Below are positions 16,803-23,065 of a DNA stretch of 47,259 bases, one piece after another; position 1 is the first letter of the stretch; each line of letters begins with the position of its first letter. Source of the DNA: a virus. The notes beneath the pieces are model-generated. The model ran no database searches. It worked only from the letters and a program-made list of their open reading frames with translations, and was not told the origin of the DNA. Both the position numbers and the translations under genes were made by a program. The DNA lies in IMG/VR virus record IMGVR_UViG_3300030392_000429, positions 1 through 47,259 of that record; one strand, given 5' to 3'.

Positions 16803-16855
16803 ACACCCCAAACAATAGCCCACTCCACCACCTGCCCGCTAATGGTATTTTTCTA
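16803..16855 (-). promoter_or_regulatory. Repeated upstream element, copy A
   Basis: Minus strand: TAGAAAAATACCATTAGC-20 nt GC-rich-TATTGTTTGGGGTGT. The 21-mer is identical to copy C and the 15-mer is identical to copy B. Confidence 0.55.
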
Positions 16856-16895
16856 TCGACTAACGCCACACGATAGCCACCGCCTATAAACGGCA

Positions 16896-16919
16896 ACGCC
16901 CCGGTAGGTGCCGGGGCGT
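16896..16919. other. Perfect 9-bp GC-rich hairpin
   Basis: acgccccgg-taggtg-ccggggcgt. On the minus strand it is followed by tgccgtttat (weak U tract). Confidence 0.5.
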
Positions 16920-17004
16920 CTAGTACACGGGTGTCGCTTCACAGCGCCGTGCCTATTGTAGATATGGATCACCTCGCTTTGGCGTCGTGGCCGTATCTGA
17001 TTTT

Positions 17005-17040
17005 AGTGTAGCACAAAAAAAGACCGCTACGTGAGCGGGC
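17005..17040 (-). promoter_or_regulatory. Terminator-promoter cassette (hairpin, T7, then TGCTACACT)
   Basis: Minus strand: gcccgct-cacgt-agcggtc-ttttttt-g-TGCTACACTAAAATC. Confidence 0.45.
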
Positions 17041-17311
17041 TATTTAATTAATTGTGTGCGGCGGCCGGTGCTGATCTCCGGCTTGTGGGCGATAGGCGTG
17101 GACTGGACGCCTCGTTTTATAGCTGCGGGTGTGCGTACTGCCCGCCTTACTGCTTTCCGCACCTGTTCGGCCAAAGGCAACTAATTACCAGCCCCGAACA
17201 GCTCTCGCTCCACTGATTAGCTCAGTCAGCACCTGCGCATTCACCACACCACCAATACTATCCCACGCGGGGCACCGGGTCAATTATCCACCCCACATAA
17301 ATAACACCCAT
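17041..17311 (-). ncRNA. Candidate structured non-coding RNA or micro-ORF region between two tandem minus-strand terminators
   Basis: No ATG-initiated ORF of useful length on either strand. Several hairpins are present (ctgttcgg..ccgaacag, gcggg..cccgc, ggcgt..acgcc, ccgg..ccgg). Confidence 0.2.
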
Positions 17312-17336
17312 AAAAAAGACCGCCAGAAGGGCGGTC
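17312..17336 (-). terminator. Intrinsic terminator (minus strand)
   Basis: Minus strand: gaccgcc-cttct-ggcggtc followed by tttttta. Confidence 0.65.
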
Positions 17337-17454
17337 AATAGGAGGAGCAACACACAACACAACAAGGAGTAGGTAGAGTATGGCGTTAAGCGGTGGGATC
17401 GTCAAGTGATAGCGTCAGGCTATATGAAATATTAACGCCATTGATAAAATCAAT

Positions 17455-17483
17455 TTTACCCCATCCACCTGTGGTGCAATACT
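17455..17483 (+). promoter_or_regulatory. Sigma70-like promoter for the + strand moron
   Basis: TTTACC, a 17-nt spacer ending in TGC, then AATACT. Lies 30 nt upstream of ATG 17513. Confidence 0.4.
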
Positions 17484-17512
17484 GAACTTACACCAACCGT
17501 GGAGTGTGAAAA

Positions 17513-17815
17513 ATGAACGACATCAAAAAACTACCTAAATGGGCGCAGCAGCGGATTGAGGAAGCAGAGTCAAAGCGCAATATCAGCGAGTACGGCGCTA
17601 ACATTGAAAACGTCCATGTTGAAAACAACGCAATCAAGCATACTGAACATACGGCTACAGCTATATGCTCTATCGCTGATGCGTTGATTCAAAACTCGCA
17701 AGCCAACATCGCAAACGCTGAGGCCATCAAGCAACTAGCCAAAACTATGCACAGTGAGGGATTGGAAGTTGAGTTTGGGCCAGGGATTCAACTAAGCGAT
17801 GTTCGCCATCGGTAA
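17513..17815 (+). CDS. Hypothetical protein (100 aa), opposite-strand moron inside the structural arm
   Basis: SD GGAG. Lys/Glu/Asn/Ile-rich sequence, visibly AT-richer than its flanks. Has its own promoter-like element and terminator. Confidence 0.7.
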   Translation: MNDIKKLPKWAQQRIEEAESKRNISEYGANIENVHVENNAIKHTEHTATAICSIADALIQNSQANIANAEAIKQLAKTMHSEGLEVEFGPGIQLSDVRHR

Positions 17816-17820
17816 AAATA

Positions 17821-17847
17821 AAAGCCCGCGCAATGCGGGCTTTTTTA
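17821..17847. terminator. Bidirectional intrinsic terminator
   Basis: aaaaataa-aagcccgc-gcaat-gcgggctt-ttttatt. There are T-runs on both strands, between convergent genes 17513..17815 (+) and 17895..18278 (-). Confidence 0.8.
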
Positions 17848-17894
17848 TTCCTCAGACCCGTCAATACAGGTATGGCAGGTTTACGCCGTGGTGT

Positions 17895-18278
17895 CTAGCA
17901 TCGACTCCCCTTGACCACCATGAAACCCGTCGAACCACCCGGCTTAGCAGGCGTCAGCGGTGCAGCGCAGCCGTAAGTATCGACCACTTGCAGCGAGGCG
18001 TAAAGCTGGTCGTATAGATCCCCCAGGTCGCTGTATTCAAACGACTGAGACGCACCAGACGGCGCGCTCTGCGACTTAACACGACGGCCACCGCCTGATA
18101 TGGCAAGTAGACCCACCAAGTAGTAATAGATTAGCGCTTGGTCGGTGGCGTCAACGCCGTTGGCGTCTAGGCAGCCTTGAATGCCCTGCGATTTAGCGAC
18201 CACCAGCGCCAACAGCGGTGCGGGCATGGTGATGCCAATCTCGCGCAGGTAGGCGGCGGCTTCGGCTGTTGTGATCAT
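17895..18278 (-). CDS. Putative head completion / head-tail connector protein (DUF4054-like)
   Basis: 127 aa. ALIYYYLVGLLAISGGGRRVKSQSAPSGASQSFEY resembles the DUF4054 pattern (AH.L....G.v.S.s.G..S.sY). Confidence 0.5.
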   Translation of the reverse strand: MITTAEAAAYLREIGITMPAPLLALVVAKSQGIQGCLDANGVDATDQALIYYYLVGLLAISGGGRRVKSQSAPSGASQSFEYSDLGDLYDQLYASLQVVDTYGCAAPLTPAKPGGSTGFMVVKGSRC

Positions 18279-18487
18279 GGGCGGTAGCCTTCGCAGATCA
18301 TAATCGCTCGGTCATGGCGAACGATGCGGTTAGCCATTGCGCGTAAGTTGGTTTTGCGCTGAGCTATCGCATTGTCAACTGTGACAAATGCGTGTTTACC
18401 GCACGCTGAAATGTAGTTTAATCGCGCAAGGCCAAACCACTGGATATGCTCTTTGTGGCTTCGCTTCTCTCGTGGCCTCTTACTCAT
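18275..18487 (-). CDS. Hypothetical protein (70 aa)
   Basis: ATG 18487 gives MSKRPREKRSHK... and overlaps the upstream stop by 8 nt. ATGA overlap with the downstream gene. Confidence 0.5.
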   Translation of the reverse strand: MSKRPREKRSHKEHIQWFGLARLNYISACGKHAFVTVDNAIAQRKTNLRAMANRIVRHDRAIMICEGYRP

Positions 18488-18752
18488 CATCGCCACCCCG
18501 CGCACCGTTATCATCAGGCTCTTCCTCAGTGTCTAAACTAGGCTGTTCCGGCTCTTGTTCCTGCTTAGTCTGGCGTTTCTTGCGCGGGCGCTTGGGGGTG
18601 GCGACTTCTAGGGTTTTGCCCGCCGTGCTAGACACCACGCGGTATTTGTTCGCCCATCCGGTAAAATCGTCCGGCACTTCAACCTGCGTGCCCACGGGGA
18701 TCATTTCGCCAGCGCTGCGATAGACGCCACGACGGGTAATTTCGATTAGCAT
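18480..18752 (-). CDS. Hypothetical protein with acidic/basic low-complexity tail (90 aa)
   Basis: ORF between the gp49-like and 70-aa genes. C-terminal KRPRKKRQTKQEQEPEQPSLDTEEEPDD. Confidence 0.55.
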   Translation of the reverse strand: MLIEITRRGVYRSAGEMIPVGTQVEVPDDFTGWANKYRVVSSTAGKTLEVATPKRPRKKRQTKQEQEPEQPSLDTEEEPDDNGARGGDDE

Positions 18753-18753
18753 A

Positions 18754-19056
18754 TTATTTGGCCTCGCTTAACTGTTGCTGCAATAAGTAACCTTCCATCT
18801 CCCACACTTTGCTGCGTGCGTTTTCACGAGAAATGCGCTGTCCGATCTCTTCGTCAAAGTTCGCCTTACTGACGGTTGCCGCCTCGCCTCGCACGGTGAA
18901 ACCGTTGCGCAGGGTTAGCTCGCACACCATTACTTTGCCGCTAGGTAATGTGGTGAACGTTTCGCCCACAATAACCGCATCAATGGAATCAGGCGTAAGG
19001 CGAGGGGCGTTTAATCCCTTGTCTTGAATCGCCTGCTCAATAGCTTGATCTTTCAT
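18754..19056 (-). CDS. Phage Gp49-like (Phage_gp49_66 family-like) protein
   Basis: 100 aa. MVCELTLRNGFTVRGEAATVSKANFDEEIGQRISRENARSKVWEMEGYLL matches the remembered family pattern (C.L.L.NGF.V.GES...NFD.E.G...A...A..K.W.LEGY.L). Confidence 0.7.
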   Translation of the reverse strand: MKDQAIEQAIQDKGLNAPRLTPDSIDAVIVGETFTTLPSGKVMVCELTLRNGFTVRGEAATVSKANFDEEIGQRISRENARSKVWEMEGYLLQQQLSEAK

Positions 19057-19081
19057 AATTGACTCCTAAGATGTTTCCCTG

Positions 19082-19117
19082 ATTTTAGCATAAAAAAGCC
19101 CGCGCTGTGGCGGGGGC
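19082..19117 (-). promoter_or_regulatory. Terminator-promoter cassette (hairpin, T6, a, TGCTAAAAT)
   Basis: Minus strand: gcccccgcc..gcgggc-tttttt-a-TGCTAAAAT, then SD AGGAG and ATG 19056. Confidence 0.55.
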
Positions 19118-19124
19118 TTGCGTG

Positions 19125-19799
19125 TTAAGACGCATCAGATAGCAGGAATCCATAGGTGCCGCGCATTTCTTCCCGATCATTCAGCCACTCTTCTAACGTC
19201 TTATCCCGCTTATCCCTATTATGCTCAGCCCATAGCGGGGCTAGGTTAGCCAGCTTGTTTATTTCCTTTGGGTCGAAGATGCCGGATTTAACCATCCTCG
19301 ACACTGGGTTAATGTGGTCTATGTGCCATTCGCCGTAATTGGCCCAGCTCATGCCCGGCTGCATGCATGATTCAATCCTCTCTTTTAGCTGAACCGCTGT
19401 ATAGCCAAGTATCCGATTGGTTTTATTTGACTTAGTATAGCCGATGTCTCTAACGTGCCGCTTGAGAAGCGCCCTGCATATTTCAGACACCTTGAAGGAT
19501 TCTGAGTTCGCGTAAAGCTCGCGATAGTATTTATTCTGATCCTCTTTTTTGTCTTGATAGCGTACTCTTTTGTACTCCCTAACCCTTTCCCTATTTTCCT
19601 GATACCAGTCGTTTGTTCTTGCTTTTGCTTTCTCTGGATTTTCATTAGCCCACGCCTTGGCTTTTTCAATCGCGCACTGTCTGCAAGAGGTGTATTTGAC
19701 GTTTCTCTCGCTGATATGTCCATGCTTGCACATGATCCCTGTGAAATAATACTTCATCCCAAGATTCTTGGCGTCTTCGCGGCTAATAATATGCAGCAT
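19125..19799 (-). CDS. Free-standing HNH homing endonuclease
   Basis: 224 aa. EWHIDHINPVS...NLAPLWAEHNRDKRDK (H-N-H core). AT-rich. Flanked on both sides by terminator-promoter cassettes, between the capsid and gp49-like genes. Confidence 0.75.
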   Translation of the reverse strand: MLHIISREDAKNLGMKYYFTGIMCKHGHISERNVKYTSCRQCAIEKAKAWANENPEKAKARTNDWYQENRERVREYKRVRYQDKKEDQNKYYRELYANSESFKVSEICRALLKRHVRDIGYTKSNKTNRILGYTAVQLKERIESCMQPGMSWANYGEWHIDHINPVSRMVKSGIFDPKEINKLANLAPLWAEHNRDKRDKTLEEWLNDREEMRGTYGFLLSDAS

Positions 19800-19828
19800 G
19801 ATAATCTCTTTTTAGACAATTATCAGTA

Positions 19829-19860
19829 ATTGTAGCATAAAAAACCCCTCCGTAGAGGGG
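19829..19860 (-). promoter_or_regulatory. Terminator-promoter cassette (hairpin, T6, a, TGCTACAAT)
   Basis: Minus strand: cccctc-tacg-gagggg-tttttt-a-TGCTACAAT. Directly after the major capsid gene and before the HNH gene. Confidence 0.6.
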
Positions 19861-19879
19861 TTGTTAGTTCTTTTACACT

Positions 19880-20890
19880 TTACGCACCGGAGCCATAGAA
19901 AACTGCGGAGCGCCCGTTGGCGTCTGCAATAATTTCAAAACCCATCGCCCCGGCGATAAGCATATTGTAGTCCGCCATGGGGTAGTCGCGCGGCATCATC
20001 TGCGTACCAACCGGCATGCCCACAACTGGGCGAATGTAGCGACGGTTAGGCACAAACGCTGTCCACTCATTGCCAGAGAGCGCATAATCAACCTTGATTT
20101 CATTGATTCGGCGGTTAGTGGCAAGCCGCTGGAAGCGTGTACCCGACAGGTACTCATCCTGGTTGTAAGGCAGGTCTAGGTTGCGCGCAATTTCGGGCGA
20201 AACATAGAGGTTCATCGGCTCGGTAACGAGGTTATCGTCAGCCGCGCCGCCCAGCGTGGTCGCCAGGAAGCTTTCCCATTCTGCGGTAGTTGCGGTGGTT
20301 AGGTCGATGCCCGTCATATCGACAGATTGAGTATACGGCGAGTTACGAATGCCGTAGCCCTGGTAGCCATCAAACTGGATAGTAGGATCACCGTCCAGTA
20401 AGTAGTTAGCCATATCAGTGCGCATATCGTACGTGGCCTTTTCTACATCTTCGGCCCATGCGTCGAAGTCGTCGTTTTGCAGGACGTTCCACTCGCGGAA
20501 GCTGCGACCTACGCCGTTAGTGAAGATAGGAACCGGCACGCCACGGAAGTCGTAGTTGCCTTTGTCCATTGGCTGCGGCTTCTGACCACTGATAGAGCGT
20601 TGGGTAGTGTTCGCGCCGTCAGAATTGAAGCGGTAGCCGTGAACGATCTTACCAATATTCACTGTGGTAGCCAGCGGCATCAAGTCGCCCATAATGACTT
20701 GTCCGGCGTTATCGCGCATTACGCGAGCAGTCACGCTGTCTAGTTGTAACCATGGCTGCGGCTTGGTAATGGCGTTACCCACAAGCTCTTGCTCACGCTG
20801 TGCAAAGTAGCGGCGGTTGAGCGAAAGCTCCTGCCACTTTTGCGCGTGCAGCTTGCTGTTGGTGATTAACTGCTTATCAAAATGTAGCAT
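19880..20890 (-). CDS. Major capsid protein
   Basis: 336 aa. Position after the scaffold/protease-like and small decoration-like genes. Strong terminator downstream. Family not assignable by eye. Confidence 0.7.
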   Translation of the reverse strand: MLHFDKQLITNSKLHAQKWQELSLNRRYFAQREQELVGNAITKPQPWLQLDSVTARVMRDNAGQVIMGDLMPLATTVNIGKIVHGYRFNSDGANTTQRSISGQKPQPMDKGNYDFRGVPVPIFTNGVGRSFREWNVLQNDDFDAWAEDVEKATYDMRTDMANYLLDGDPTIQFDGYQGYGIRNSPYTQSVDMTGIDLTTATTAEWESFLATTLGGAADDNLVTEPMNLYVSPEIARNLDLPYNQDEYLSGTRFQRLATNRRINEIKVDYALSGNEWTAFVPNRRYIRPVVGMPVGTQMMPRDYPMADYNMLIAGAMGFEIIADANGRSAVFYGSGA

Positions 20891-21333
20891 TACGCAATCG
20901 CTCCTGTAGCTTTGCGAACACGCAGCAAGTCTGCCTCTGCGAGTGTCACGGATTCTTCTGAATAGAACAGCACTTCTTGTCCAGTGGTGGCTGCGGCTAG
21001 CGTACCATCGCCTGCGGATGCTAGTTCTGTGAAGCCCTGCACGTAAGTACCAGCGGCTACGCGAACATTGAAGAACTGTTCATCAAGCGGGCGGGCTGCA
21101 ACTACTGTATCGCCAGCGGGGATAACATCGTCCGCGCCTTCCAGCTTCATGTAGTTCTCTTGGGCCACCAAGTAAGTTCCGCGCGCACCAGCGGTGCCAT
21201 GTGGCTCAAATTCATCACTGGCGTTAACCGTAACGATAGAGCCGGGGGTGATGTCCACAGCCGAAGGGCGCTCCATTACCTGCGGCAATAGCTCGGAGAC
21301 CGGGCCTGCGTAGATTTTGCTATAACGAGCCAT
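20890..21333 (-). CDS. Putative head decoration / cement protein
   Basis: 147 aa. Lies between the scaffold-like and capsid genes (the lambda D position). TAATG overlaps at both ends. Confidence 0.4.
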   Translation of the reverse strand: MARYSKIYAGPVSELLPQVMERPSAVDITPGSIVTVNASDEFEPHGTAGARGTYLVAQENYMKLEGADDVIPAGDTVVAARPLDEQFFNVRVAAGTYVQGFTELASAGDGTLAAATTGQEVLFYSEESVTLAEADLLRVRKATGAIA

Positions 21334-22613
21334 TAGATTGCCTCCGGTGCTTCAAATTCAAGTTTATCGGCATTCGTGCTCAACCGCCCACCATTCAGCG
21401 CATGATCCGCCGCTTTAGGCGTTTTGCAGTTGCGGGCCATGATGCGCAGGGCGTTAACGTCGAGCGCTTTGGCTTCGTCTTCGGTCGCCAGCTTGGCCTC
21501 TACCACAGTCGCCTCAAGCGTTTCTTTCTCAGCTTTTGCAGCGGCTTCGGACTCGGCGTTAATCGCGTCGAGTTTTTCTTGCAGGGGTTTTACTGCGTCG
21601 GCAATGGCTTGCGCCTGATTCGCTTGCAGTGTTTCGGCCTGCTTGTCGAGCATGGCCTGTAGCTCTTCAGTCGTCATTTGCGGTTCCTCAGTAGACGTTT
21701 GAGAGTTGGTTTGCAGGCCAGCGGCCTCGTGTGGTTTGCCCGACGTATTGCCGAACATTTTAGAAAGCGTGTTTCGAATGGTGTTGGTGACGGCTTCCCA
21801 GGAAGTCTGGCGTTGAACTTCTTGGCGTGTATCGGAAAGCGTGATAACGCCATCAATAACGCCATAGCCGATTTTGTACGCCTTGTTGGTATCCATTTCG
21901 AAAAAGATTATCGAGTCAGCATTAAAATCGTCTACGTAGCCTTCGCCGTACTTATCTCTAGCAACGCGCTGAAGCTCTTGGCGCATATTATCAACGCTGC
22001 CGGGCAGCTCTTCGTTTAGTACCAGCTCGCTATTAACGACTTCGACTTGCTCGCCTGCGGAGTTGACCATCATGCCAACACCGTCAGCGGTGCCAATAGC
22101 GGGCGTCTCAGAAATCAAAATCGCATCGTGGTCAAATGCAAAGCTATTGCCTACCCACTCATACTCAGCGCCTTCGGGGGCTGGTTCGCGCTGCATCAGC
22201 AGGCCAGTACTGGTGCTGATTGGCTTGCCTTCGTTGATCGCCGCCAGCAGCTTGCGCCCGTTCTCGCTGTTCTGGGCAAACTCCACGTCGATAACCTTAT
22301 CGGCAAAAACGCGGTCGCCTTCGATGCGCGGGTTGGTGTTCCATGCGCCCGCCCAGAAGCCGTTAATGGCCTCTGGCGTGCGCGCGCTAACAAACTGGTT
22401 ATTCACCACCGGATGCCCCAGCGGGGCAGGCAAGCCTTCCAACTGCTGGTAGCTCGCCTCTAGCTCAGCGCGTGGGTAAAAGATGTTGTTTAACACCGTG
22501 TCGAACTTCGCCACAGCGCTAGGCACCACAATCACGTCACGACCGTTGCGCTGTTCGCGCTTGATCGCGGCGTTGTTGACACGGTGCTTGATGTTGACGC
22601 GGATTTGGCTCAT
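21333..22613 (-). CDS. Prohead scaffolding / protease-like protein (DUF2213-like N-terminus, coiled-coil C-terminus)
   Basis: 426 aa. N-terminal LGHPVVNNQFVSARTPEAINGFWAGAW region, and a C-terminal Ala/Glu/Lys/Gln coiled coil typical of scaffolds. Confidence 0.55.
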   Translation of the reverse strand: MSQIRVNIKHRVNNAAIKREQRNGRDVIVVPSAVAKFDTVLNNIFYPRAELEASYQQLEGLPAPLGHPVVNNQFVSARTPEAINGFWAGAWNTNPRIEGDRVFADKVIDVEFAQNSENGRKLLAAINEGKPISTSTGLLMQREPAPEGAEYEWVGNSFAFDHDAILISETPAIGTADGVGMMVNSAGEQVEVVNSELVLNEELPGSVDNMRQELQRVARDKYGEGYVDDFNADSIIFFEMDTNKAYKIGYGVIDGVITLSDTRQEVQRQTSWEAVTNTIRNTLSKMFGNTSGKPHEAAGLQTNSQTSTEEPQMTTEELQAMLDKQAETLQANQAQAIADAVKPLQEKLDAINAESEAAAKAEKETLEATVVEAKLATEDEAKALDVNALRIMARNCKTPKAADHALNGGRLSTNADKLEFEAPEAI

Positions 22614-22641
22614 AAATTTAGCCTATAAAAACAGTGCCATC

Positions 22642-22650
22642 AGTATAGCA
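22642..22650 (-). promoter_or_regulatory. Extended -10-like element TGCTATACT upstream of head genes
   Basis: Reverse complement of agtatagca, 29 nt upstream of ATG 22613. Confidence 0.45.
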
Positions 22651-22723
22651 CAAGGCTATCGTGGCGTGCAAAGTGGTGCAACCATGTCGTGCATGTCCAC
22701 GGTTTGGTGGCTCATCAAGGTGG

Positions 22724-23046
22724 CGTTACGACGAAAAACAGCGCGCCGTTACAGCCGTTACAAACGTTACAGCCCTAATTAAACTTGTACCGCATAAAAA
22801 TTCAATGGATTCAAGTGCTTGTGACATATATAACAATAATTACAGAAAATAGATATATATATAGAGGTCTGGCTCTCTAAGTGACTGTCAGTGTTTATGT
22901 ATATGTGACTATCGTTCGAAAAACAGCGTAACAAACGTAACGGTTGTAATTTTTTAATAAAAACAATCAGTTAAGATAAAAAATAGCGGTACGCAGGCGT
23001 TACGCCATTTTAAAACGTAACGATTGGCCGTTGACGTAAGCGTAAG
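22724..23046. repeat. CGTTAC/GTAACG hexamer arrays flanking an AT-rich (TA)n core
   Basis: CGTTAC at 22724, 22747, 22756 and 22765 (9-bp phasing). GTAAC at 22927 and 22936 (9-bp phasing). Further copies at 22997 and 23015, plus CGTAAGCGTAAGC at 23034. CGAAAAACAGCG is repeated at 22728 and 22914. Confidence 0.8.
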
Positions 23047-23065
23047 CTGTGCGTATTTCCGCACA

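Noticed and set aside
16783-16896. TTG-initiated N-terminal extension of ORF 16552..16896
   Set aside because: It runs through the 9-bp hairpin and the repeated regulatory element A. The same DRKIPLA peptide arises at 24900 only because the DNA element is repeated. A strong SD and ATG are present at 16782.
17129-17341. 70-aa + strand ORF in the 16.9-17.5 kb gap
   Set aside because: It has a GTG start without an SD, Pro/Thr/Ala-rich low-complexity translation, and a 3' end that runs through a minus-strand terminator stem.
17348-17369. CA-rich leader plus AAGGAG (caacacacaac..aaggag) shared with the Sak4 gene leader at 36536-36552, followed by a 9-codon ORF (MALSGGIVK)
   Set aside because: The match is short, low-complexity CA repeats with a 5-nt indel, and the ORF is only 9 codons. 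It could be chance or a recombination scar, so it is not reported as a feature.
22661-22852. 63-aa + strand ORF (and 22483..22782) in the CGTTAC repeat region
   Set aside because: It has a GTG start and no SD. It translates the hexamer array itself (VTAVTNVTA) and runs opposite to all flanking genes.
22908-22925. tRNA-like T-loop string gttcgaa; a general tRNA search of the non-coding regions
   Set aside because: The flanking bases cannot form a T-stem or an acceptor stem. No cloverleaf was found by eye in 16.9-17.5, 22.6-23.1, 33.0-33.4 or 45.8-45.9 kb. A tRNAscan-SE run would settle this.
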